The position numbers and the translations under genes were made by a program. Source: Camelus ferus (Eukaryota). From it: a stretch of DNA of 64,000 bases. Where the stretch lies: NCBI RefSeq assembly GCF_009834535.1, contig NC_045696.1:89778001-89842000 (forward strand). Direction: 5' to 3'. This document shows positions 12,215 through 23,010 of the stretch, piece after piece; within the stretch, counting starts at the first letter, position 1; the number at the start of each line of letters is the position of its first letter. The notes under the pieces are model-generated. The model saw only the letters and a list, made by a program, of their open reading frames with translations, did no database searches and was not told the DNA's origin.

Positions 12215-13060
12215 ATGTGGTTTGGATGGATATGACCCACTCAGAGTGGGTTCTGGTTGGCTTAAGCCAATCCATGGATCCCATTCCCAAGCACAGCCAC
12301 TGTCAGACAAAGGAACAGGAGAGTAAGAATCCTAACCTTGTGGAGAGCTGTTAGACACCTTCTTTTGCTGTACCTGGATGACGTCTTGAGAAGCTGTAAA
12401 ATCTGCAACTGCTGATGGTATTTTGTAGCCCTAACAATGGTGCCAGGAGCTGATAGGGAAACCACAGTGGAGCTTGTAATGGTATCTTGTATTAGTTTGC
12501 TAGGGTAGCCATAACTAAGCACCGACTGGTGGTTTAAACTACAAAAACCTACTTTATCATAATCTGGAGGCTAGAAATATGAGATCAAGGTATTAGCAGA
12601 GTTGATTCCTTCTGAGACCTCTGTCTTTGACTTGTAGGTGGCTGTCTTCTCCCTGCACCTTCACATGACTTTCCCTCTCTACGTGTGTGTGTCCTAATCT
12701 TCTCTTCTTATAAGGACACCAGTGAGATGGGAGAGTCATCCATATGACTTATTTTAACTTAATCCCATCTTTAAAGACTCTATCTCCAATACAGTCCACA
12801 TCCTAGGCATTGGGGGTTAGGACTTCAAAATATGAATTTTGGGGAGACACAATAAAGCCCATAAGATTACCTGCACTGTAGAAGGCAGAGCAGAAAGATA
12901 AAGAGAAGCCAGGACCTTTGTCATACTTTGAGCTGCTAGATCCATTCTCATCCTGGATCAGAAATATCTGTTTTAGTTATGTAAGCTGATAAATTAGCTT
13001 TGCTATTTGGGACACCCTGAATTTTACTTTCATTTGTATTGAAATATTCTTATTTGCTAC
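12215..13060 (+). mobile_element. Old MaLR LTR (MLT1J/K/L-like), split by a younger MLT1
   Basis: ggcttaagccaatc...cccattccc on the left and ggcagagcagaaaga...tttgagctgctagatcc...ttatgtaagctgataaatt on the right of the insert. Confidence 0.6.
12488..12866 (-). mobile_element. MLT1A/B-type MaLR solo LTR
   Basis: tgtattagtttgctaggg...tctggaggctagaa...cttcttataaggacaccagt...gggggttaggacttca...gacacaataaagcccataa, ~380 bp. Confidence 0.88.
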
Positions 13061-13069
13061 AGCTTTGTC

Positions 13070-13240
13070 TCTTTTTCTTGTTATATAGCACTTTTCACAT
13101 AGAGCTATAATAACTTGTTGAAATGTCAACCTACTGTACTTAGTTGTGTGTAAACTTTTTAGGCAAGGACTATGTTATTCATATCTCTTACCTCCAGCCC
13201 TATAGTGGGTACTTGGTGATGTTTGTCAAATGAATAAACA
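13070..13240 (+). mobile_element. L2 3' end
   Basis: ggcaaggactatg...tgtttgtcaaatgaataaa, an L2 terminal motif. Confidence 0.6.
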
Positions 13241-15984
13241 CTGATTAGCATTTTAAGCAGGAAGCCTCGAAGAGCAAGACTAAGAAATGCTCCTCTCAAT
13301 TTCCATTTTATTCATTTTATTAACTTTTTTGATTAGTATTTTCTGGGCCATAACCTTAAAATGGCTGCAGTTAAATCACTGAGCTTTGATCCCAGCATTA
13401 TAAAACCATCACTGGGCCCTGGAGACAAAGCACCTGGGACAGCAGCCTTTAAAGGTGGGAGCAAAATATGCAGGAACAGCAAAAATGATTGATACCGTGT
13501 TTGCAGAAATAGAAAACGTGCCTTCATTACATTTTGCATAATAAAAAAAGAAGAGAAGAGAAACTTACAATTATCCTCTTTGAATTGTCAAATATATGGA
13601 TAATTTTAGATGCCAAATTTTAAAACAATGATGAATAATATGCTAACAGAAATAGCATAAAGGTATTCAGTAAAAACACAGAAGTACACATGAGGATGTA
13701 TGTTAAAGCGCATCTTTTAAAAAGCTCTCTTTTCATCAGAGCACATTCTCAGGGAAGTGCCTGCACTTCCAGGGAAACTGTAGCTCCCCCAGGATTTTGG
13801 TTTTTCATTCCAAAACCAGATAAAAGAAGTTTTCCTTTTCTCTCTCTCATCTTTCTAGCCCTTATGGATTAAAGATTAATTCTCAAATGGCATTTCACCA
13901 TCAGTTATCGTGTTAAAATGTCATGAACTGTTCTTTGGTGTAGAAGTTCTCTGAGCAATTACTTTCATGTGCTTTTCCACTGAAGGTAAGTTTGGCTTCA
14001 ATCCACAAAACTCTTTTACCACCTATTACAAGGAGCTATTACAACCATCCCAAACTATTAACTTTTTTTTTTAAGTCAACTCATCTGTTACTGTTATGAG
14101 GCTGAACTAAATGTATAACTTTTGAGAATCACCCATGCTAAGTCCAATTCCTCCTTTATTCTTTGTTTCCAGGAGCCAGAAAAGACAAAAGCCCAGGGGC
14201 CATTCTCCTGACACCTTCTGATACCTAGCACAGCCCATGAAACTGCCCTCCTGGGCTGGAGTTCTCTTTTTATTTGGGAAGGGTGTAGCTGAACTCATTT
14301 TTGTGGGAGTGTACTTGGGGGCCAGAGTGTGATCTGGGAAGAAGGCGGACTTTTTTCAGGAGAGGGAGGCATGTGAGGCAGGTTTGGCCATCTGTTCCTG
14401 AGAAAGGACAACAACTGGGGAGGACGGGAGGGGCGTCACTGGATCCATGCCACAGAGTCACACAGATGGACACATTTGCAAGAAGATAATTCATGATAAT
14501 TTCACATTATTTTTCCTTTAAATTTCTTCTGTATTATTTCTTCAGAGCTCTGCATCGTGATAACGTGCTCTAAATTCCCTACATAGAAGACATCCTCAAA
14601 AGTTTTATTAATTGTTAAGCTAGTTTTGAGGTTTAATATATTTTTGTTAGCATCCTTTAACAATGGATTTTTCCCTTTGACATTTCATGTTATCCTTAAT
14701 GATAAAATTCTGCTGAATCAACACCTGGTGCATGACATTTTAAATTAAATATTAATAAAACTTAGCATTCTCTTTACAGCCTTTACCCTTCCCTTCATCA
14801 AAGGATCTTCCATCAAGACCTTCCTTTGCTTACTCAACCAATTCATACTAGTTTACTAGATTAATTCTCCTAAAGCACAACACTAGTTTTGCAATTTCCC
14901 TATCCCCCAAATGACAGACATATAAAAAATGGAACAATACATATGTAATAGAAAACAACAATCATTTCAAATGTGAAAGACAGACACCGTATTTCTGCAC
15001 CAGAATATCACTTCATACATTTAACATGCGTCATTAGCACAATTCACAAACACTGTCTAATTTGTTTATAATGATCTTCAATTAGATAAGCTATTATTCT
15101 CGGCAATCTCCTACTTTTTAAAAAGCAGCATTCACTAATGAGAAAGTTGAGCTAATTACAGGCATGGTTTTCAGGACTCATGTCCAGAATTTCTCATCAT
15201 CTCTTATTCTAAAAATATTGTATGTAAGTGAATATATTTATTTTTTTATAGAGACCAAGGAAATAGTGGTATCCACAAGCTTATTTAATTTCTGGCAGCA
15301 ATTCTTACTTTAAAAACTTCCTAAATCATTATCATATTGAGGGTTTTATTTTGCCACTTTAACTATATACATTCAGGTCGATAAATATATACTGTGGGAA
15401 GACAACAATATTTTATTTTTAACAACCCTTCCTGATATGGTTGCGTGCTTCTATAAAACCTTTTATTAGACATCATGATCTTTAAAAGTGTATACTTATT
15501 TTTATGAGTATACACTCATAGTCAAAATGGCTACATACAGCTTTCTTACTCTTTGATACTTCCAAGGCTGGGTCAGAATGACCAAGGGGTTTTGGGTAGA
15601 AAAATGCCCGTCAAGAATTTAATGACTTATTTTATGAAGTAGGATTCTGTTACCTTTTCAAACTAATCTCATTCTGAATACATATTAACAATCTTCTTAA
15701 AATTTCACGTTCTCTTTTGCCCTCTTCGCTTCCCCCACCCTGGCCTCAATAATCTAGACAGTTTCTACATGCACAGCACATTGATTCAGTTACCTATTAC
15801 ACGTGAAAAATAAAATATGTGAAAGTGTCTTCCACTTTCTTTTGTAACAGGATCTTCTCAATGTGAATTTTTGGGTAGGGGAATGATATAGGCTATTCAT
15901 TGAAATGAGTTTTTTAAGCAAGGAAGAAACTAGAAAAGGGAAACCACTACAATAATCCAGCATGAAGAAATTATAATGTAACAA

Positions 15985-16210
15985 TAATAATAAAGCTAAA
16001 TTTGTTGATTATTTACCATGTGTAGGCCCCCTAACACTTCATGTAAATTAACTAACTTAATATTCTGAACCACCTTATGAGGTAACTCCCATTTTACAGA
16101 CAAGGAAACCGAGGCAAAGGGAGGTGAAGTAACTTGACCACAGACATGCAGAAGGTAAGTGGCAGAGTCGAATTCCAACCTAGGCAGCCAGACACCAGAG
16201 TCTGCACTAA
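15985..16210 (-). mobile_element. MIR SINE
   Basis: cccattttacagacaaggaaaccgaggca...gtgaagtaacttg...gtaagtggcagagtcgaattccaacctagg. Confidence 0.88.
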
Positions 16211-18584
16211 AGAAATGTCCTGTTTTCACAAACACAGGGTTTATTTTTCTATGTTAGAGCCTTTGTATTAATTGACGTATAAACCTATCACTTTAATTGT
16301 GAATAAAGATCACAATCTTTTTACAGGATGGAGAGACGGGTTTAGATTTCCTATAAAACCACTTTTCCACAGAGATTTTTCTGGGGCATAAAGCAGTGAG
16401 TTGGTTATGAGTTTGGGCTCATCTTTCCAATTCAGACTTTGAAAGCTCCCAGTATCCATACAAATGAAAAGATCAATTTATCTGATTTTCTCTAAAATGA
16501 AGTCCATTATTTTATCTTACTGTTCTCTCAACATAGAGAAAAGTCACAAAAATACTTTGACGCTTTATGTTAAACAATTTATGTAAGTCCCACGATATTC
16601 ATCCAAGTTCAACAGAGATGCAAACCGTAAGGCAACATCATTCAAATCCTGCCACTAGCCAGTCCAACAAGCTGTAGTGGAGGGTGGATGAGGGCGCGGC
16701 GAAGGAATGCCATCAGTCATCCTAAGCTGGTCCTGAAACCATCTGATCAGAGTGAAAAATTCCATTAAGTTATTTTATAAGGTCGAGGCTATATCTGAGT
16801 GGTCATTTCAGAGACAGACTTGGTTCAGCTGGCTGAGCTGCTCAGCTAGCTAGACGCCCCTCAGTGCAGGTACAACCTCGCAAACAGACAAGCCAGAAAC
16901 ACTCATTAATGATGGCACCTGTGCCTCCATCAAGGCTGACTGCAGCCCCAGGTGTCCGCCCTACCCCCCCCCCCCCGCCTACCTCACTGCCCACGAGCCC
17001 AGATGTCCACACCCAGTCCTGCAATTGGGGTTGACAGACTTACTTCTAAGTGCTGTTCTTGCCAACTCTGGCCTCCTGACTCCTAACCCTGCTCCCCTTT
17101 CTTTGCCATGAGGCATCTGGGGTGTGATAGTAAAACAAGCTCTGGGTGTGAAGTAAGAACATCGATCGCTTTCATTAGTATTACTCTTGTGGCACCTTGA
17201 CAAGTCACGTGATCTTGCTGAACTTTAATTCTGGTACCTAAGAAATGGATATCTCCAAATCACAGGGCATTCACATAGTGTCTTTTTCTTTTTCTCTTAA
17301 AATAGCTTGAGTCGTTTTTACCTATTTTGTGACCCCTGCTTGACTTGTATACTTTTCTAAGACATGGTTACAACAATGCCTTAAATAGTGTTTTATAAAC
17401 TGTAAAGTGCAATGCCAGGCATTATTATTATTGCCTTGTCTGTCTTCCTGGTTAGCCAAAGTCCTCCAAGGAGATAGGTCTTCTGGTGGTGGCTCCCCGA
17501 TGGCTTTGACACGCACCCACATGGAAATATTAAACATCCGCTGCAGTCAGCGTCTGAGCACATGAGTCTTTAGACTGATGTCCTGGCTCTAAATGAAAAA
17601 TGCATCCCACCCTGCTAATTACACACCACCAGAAACCGCAGAACAAAGATAATAGAAACTTACTAATTCCACCTCCTGCTAACTGAAAAAAAAACAATTC
17701 AAGGAAAATCTCAGATTCGTTTTCTCTTCTATGTTCCCTTTAAATTAAGTACCTTCAATTGGGCCCCTACTCTTACTAAAGTATCTTGCTTTCAAGTCTC
17801 AAAATGGAGGAAGAATTTAAAAAATACCTGCATCAGCCAGAAATTTTATGAACAAAATAATCTATTTTAAGAGAATTTTCTACACAGCTCTTGCCATCAC
17901 AGTTTGCATACATGCTACCCAAAGCAACTCCAAGCCCACTGTTCGATGATGAGCTCTGCTCTTAATCGCACTTTGCCTTCAACTTGCTGTATAACCTTTG
18001 ACAAACCGTCGTCCTCCCTGGCCTCAGTTTTCACATGTGTAAAATGAAAAAGTTGGCCTTTGAGGCTCTTGCCACCTTTGTCTCTGATTCTTTATCAAAG
18101 ACTCTGGACATGGGGAAACCAAGACTTCCTGGGCCCAAAGTGCATCCAAACTTACAGATGTGCACAAATACAAATAAACTGAAAGCTGACTTTTAGACCC
18201 ATAAAAACCGTATTCTAGTTTCCTGAAGGAAAAACCAGTTCCATTATCTTTAACTATGGTGGCCCTACCCTCTTCCCAAACCCAGGGTGGAATATAAGCA
18301 ATGCCAGCTGGAGATCCAGATGTAGTCTTGCCAACACCACCCCTCTGTTTACTGAGTTCTGCTACCTGAAACCCAGTGACCCAGTTGGACCAAGCTGCCA
18401 TCTGAGTCAGTCGCCCTGGGCTTTGGCCCCAGGACCGGTATGGTGAGTGCTGAACATGTTGCTTCTTAGAACTCGCCTTTGGTAATAGATTTTGACCTCC
18501 ACACCCAGTGCAGGTAAGAGGTGGGCTGTCACCAGCCCTCACTCCCAACCCAGGTTACAACTTGTCTGGGAACAACTTCCAACT

Positions 18585-18775
18585 CAGTGGTGCTCAGCCT
18601 TGGCTACACATCAGAATCACATGGGTAGATCTGAAAAATCCTAATGCTCAAGTTGCACTCCAGACCTATTGTATTGGAATCTTGGGACGTGGGGCTCAGG
18701 CATTGTTATTTTTCAAGTTGCCCACATGGTTCCCATGGTGCCCAAATGCTGTGCAGCCAATGTTGGATATCGCTG
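18585..18775. mobile_element. MER5A-type hAT-Charlie MITE
   Basis: cagtggtgctcagccttggctacacatcagaatcac...gtggggctcaggcatt...tgtgcagcca...cgctg with degenerate TIRs. Confidence 0.8.
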
Positions 18776-19239
18776 CCCACTAAGAACCTTCCATGCATGA
18801 AGTGAGATGAAAAGAGCTGAGAATTTTGAAAGTCTAAGCAACAGAGGGTTAGAGGCCAGAGGCAAAGAGACCTGAAATTGTCAAGACCTGAAAATATTGT
18901 GACCTGGCTGAGCTCAAGGTCAGGACCATGGAGTAGAAGCAGCTTGATTCTGAAGCAGGATTCCTGAAATGATGGGCAGGATAGAGGGGGACACTCCAGA
19001 GTAGGGGCACATGCTGTATCAGCACTCCGTGGGCTAGAACCAGACTGGTAAGCAAGGCTTGAAAGATGAGCAGGAGGCTTGAAGGTTTGAAGGTCAGAGC
19101 AGGTGGTAAGCTACACCCAGGGAGCTGGCCAGAGGAGCAAGGATCAGGCACTCAATCAAGGAGTCTGGGTTAGGAATGCGGGCTTGGAGCCTCCGTATGG
19201 GCAGAACGATGAATATTTATGGGATGATTTAAGTTTGCA

Positions 19240-19665
19240 ATTTGCTTTCACATCCCTTTATCATATTTAATTATTATAGTGAACCTCTAAGATAGGCAGG
19301 GCAGACACAATTACAATGCCCACTCTCTAGATAAGAAAAATGAGGTTTGAAAAGGTCTGATAGCTTCTGTGAGGTCACACAGCTAAGAAACAACAGCAAT
19401 AAGAATGGCTTTGACGACAAAATAAGAGAGTAAGGGAGGGTTCTTGTTTAGGGTAGGGACCAACTCCACCAATGGTGCTGACACAGGTTATTTCCTGGTA
19501 TTTAGGCAGCACGTTACAGTTTACAGAGCACTTATCTCACTGGAAACTCAAACAACCCTGTGAGACAGGCATGGCATTGGGCAAATGAGAAACCTGAGGC
19601 TCAGAGATTTGTCCAGGGTCACACAGCCGGTTGAAAGCACAGCTCCGACTCCTTGCCCAGGTGAA
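19240..19665 (-). mobile_element. Two MIR fragments (~19240-19400 and ~19510-19665)
   Basis: gaggtcacacagctaag and acaaccctgtgag...gaaacctgaggctcagaga...gggtcacacagc. Confidence 0.7.
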
Positions 19666-20249
19666 TGCTCCCTTCCTGGTCCCATGTTTTTGGCTGTCCT
19701 GAGGTCTGCAAGTTGGGAGTCCCTAATGGGAACGAGCAGCAAAAGATGAAGAGAAATCAGCTACGAACCCATAGGCCCTACACTGACAGGACTCAGTTGT
19801 GATTTTTTTTGCTCCCAGTTTGATTCAGAAGCCAGCTCTGTGTGGCAAGGTTTACAAAGTTACATAGAGAAAAGCTTAGTTTTATATATAAAAAAAAAAA
19901 AAAAAACTGAGCTAAATTCTAGCAATTTAACTTCTGTCATCTAATATTTTACTAACTTCCCTTCTGCATTTTTGTATCCTCGCTTGCATTGGCAGTGAAC
20001 CAAACCTGTTATAAGAGATATTTCAAGATTTTTTTTTTGGCTTTATTGTCATGGCTAAACGAAGTTAAGGCATTTAGGGTGACATTACTGCACACAATTT
20101 GGCCCATGTGATTCACTTCCTTGAACACTTCTTTGTGTAATCATCTTCACAGAAAGATGATGAAAGCTGGGATTCTCCTTTTTGGAAGGGGAAAGAAGTA
20201 AATTTATTTGGAGGTCAAAATCTAACTCTCTTTTCAGTATCCACCCTAA

Positions 20250-20500
20250 TCCCACCTGCTCCTCAAGCCTTCTCTGATATCCACCTCTTGACAGGCTCCA
20301 GTCAAACCCTCTTCTCAGCTCTCACAGAGCGTTGCTTGTCTTCCTTGCAGTACATTCTGCTTTATATCCTGGCTCTCCTTGTGCATCTTTTCTCTTCTAG
20401 ACTATGAACTCTCTAAGGGCAAACAGTCTTATTTATTCTTTGCATCTTCCACAGCATCAGATTATTCAGAAAATAAACACGTGGTGACTAAGTGTTTGAA
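20250..20500 (+). mobile_element. L2 3' end
   Basis: aagccttctctgat...ctagactatgaactctctaagggcaa...ttattctttgcatc. Confidence 0.6.
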
Positions 20501-21822
20501 CTGTTGTGAAAGGATTCAGATGTCAACTAAAAATTCTTGGAAGTTAGTTTTAAAGAAAATACTGATTTAATATTTTCAGATAAATACAAAAGTGGTATCG
20601 TCTAACTTACGACGAAGGTCAGTGAAAGCATAGTTCATGCCTTTCTAATTGACTGTTTCGTTAATGCTAAATGACAAAGTAAATACCATTATCAGAGAAT
20701 CACAGCAGAAATGTCTGCTCTTAAAGAGGATGCAGTTGAAGGGCTGTGATTCTTATGTGGTTTATCTGTCTGCTCTCCTGTTATTTTGACCACAGTGGCT
20801 TTGTGTAACACTCTCTTTCCCATTAACATAATCAGACAAATGTCATCAGGGTTAAGAGGGTTGCGGGTGCGTAAACACTAACTTACAAATGATCACCCAT
20901 GCGCACTAGAACATCTACCCTGCAGACAGAGAAAGGTGTTCCTCACTGTATGCTTGTATCAAAATCTTAGCTTATTACAATGAATAATAAGGTAGTTCAA
21001 AACCTCCTAGCCATTATAAAATGCACTAAATGGGCAAAGTTAAGTATTTTGAATGTCTTCAAATGTAATGATTTTGTTTCAATAAAGGTTCTAAAACTTT
21101 GATATAGGATGGTCTTAGGGGAGGCCATCAGGTTGACAGGGAGAAAGCCACTTGGCTTGAAGCTGCATTTGCAAAGCAAGCACCATGCTTCTGCTTTGAT
21201 TATGTGTCTATTTCAGGAGGTTTGGGGGATGGAAGCTGAAGGAGATGATGAGAGGGCATTTTACCACTACAGAATCCAAAGCTCATGCTTTGTAACAGAT
21301 GTGTTATCAAAATGTGCTTCTTGTCCTGAATCTGACTTGACTTCCAAAGCCCTAGTTACCAAGAGGAATATTAAAAATACTAGCTAGGAGTGGTGTCATT
21401 GCTTGTCAGAACTGTGCATTTAGAAGCAAATAAGTAAAGTTTTCTATCAACATAACAAGTGCTTCCAAAGGCATCTGGAGTTAGTAGTACTTGGTTGATC
21501 CTTAGATGTGGGCAATAGAATTCACTGATGAAATGCTGCTCATTTCACATGCCTCATAGAGCCACTTAATTGTGAATTTATGGTATGAATCTCTTACTGC
21601 GATTTTACTGTCAATCAAAAACATGGTTGTGTAGAATATTCCTGAGTGTGGGACAATAATTTAGCACGGGGAGGGCGAAAACACTTTTAAATTAAGTAGA
21701 CTGATTCACTGAACTTGAAACCTAGACATCTGTTAATTAAAAATGAGTCTGATCTTGCTGATAAGAAAGATGTAAAAGCTTACTATTAAGAGACTTTGAT
21801 TCCTGCAGGTCACTAGAGGTAT

Positions 21823-21905
21823 GCTCTTCCTTCTCCCCCTCGCCTTCTCCTTCCTTCTTCTTCTCCGCCCTTCCTTCCTCCTTTCATTCCTGCTTCATCT
21901 TCCAA
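21823..21905. repeat. CT-rich low-complexity polypyrimidine tract
   Basis: ctcttccttctccccctcgccttctccttccttcttcttctccgcccttccttcctcc. Confidence 0.8.
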
Positions 21906-22839
21906 GCTCACTCACCTCACCATCGCCATTCCACAGACAATTTACTTTCCAGACTGGGAAATTGAAGTTCAACCTGTTTCTGAAAGATCAGGCTGAGAGT
22001 TCCATTTTTAGCTTGAAATGAACACTAAATGGCATTGGCAAATCAGTTTGGCTCAGGGACACTTTGAAAGGTACCCACAGACTCCAGGTTCTACATAAAA
22101 AATGAAATATTTGGGTTCAAGTTTCATTTAGCATGATGTGCGCAGTCCTTATTTTATGATCTGAAAAAATGACATACGTGGGCCTTTTCTCTTCCAAATA
22201 ATGAAAATATCCTGTGAAGTATTATGATACATGACTGAAAAGACTTTCTACTCATCTTATTAGGGTATATTTCTTCATTATTGCGAATGCCTTTGGTCCT
22301 ATTGGAATCCTGAGACTCATTTGCAACAGGGCACAATTAAATCACTATTGATTCCCTTTTCCATATCTTTAATAAAAGGCGGGGAGGGTAAGGCAATACA
22401 TTGACCCTCGCCCAGGAAAGTTCCTCTCTTCTGCATGTATTACCATGTCTCCTTCTTGAATTGTCTTAGAAATGGCTTTGATTCAGCTCACGGACTTATG
22501 TTCTTATCCAAGATCTACACACCATTTTACAAATGGAGTCAAGAGAGGTACATTAGATTAAATATTGATTTAAGTGTAATTCCATCCCTTCTTGCATTTG
22601 GGCAAAGCAGAAGGGCATCAGGTTAGCTGCAGGTAAGGCCACCTTTACACAGATGATTAAAGCAGGGCATGACTATGCAAGCTAAGGGCAGAGGAAATCA
22701 GGGAGTGCATTCGGCTGAAAACACGGGAAGGGATGGCCATGTTTTGATTTCTCTTTTTCTTTCCCATTCCCGCCATACCTTCAGAAACTAAGTTGAAATA
22801 GTTTTAGAGAGGGACACACAGGAAATTGACAGAGTCACA

Positions 22840-23010
22840 CAGGGAGTCAGAAAACCCAGATCCAATTCCTGGCTCTACTGCTGACCAGGCATGAGTAATT
22901 TCACCTCTCTGAATCTTAGATTTTCTCAGCTCCAAATGAGGGCAATCGTCTCCTCCTAGGCCATCTCATGATACTACTACTGTGAGGACCACTTTAAGCT
23001 CATAAGTGTT
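22840..23010 (+). mobile_element. MIR fragment
   Basis: ggagtcagaaaacccagatccaattcctggctctact...tcacctctctgaatct...tgtgagga. Confidence 0.65.

Noticed and set aside
15793..15929. Minus-strand open exon candidate (SSLLKKLISMNSLYHSPTQKF...TCNR)
   Set aside because: The acceptor is reasonable but the donor (gtaact) is mediocre, the sequence is AT-rich, the peptide is unrecognised and the phase does not follow the upstream 33-nt candidate.
16957..16980. Poly-C run (also 11020-11030) as a regulatory element
   Set aside because: Simple homopolymer with no supporting context. Length is prone to sequencing error.
18024..18548. Longest ORF (174 aa, minus)
   Set aside because: Non-ATG start, ends within a MIR fragment, no recognisable homology and no convincing splice boundaries.
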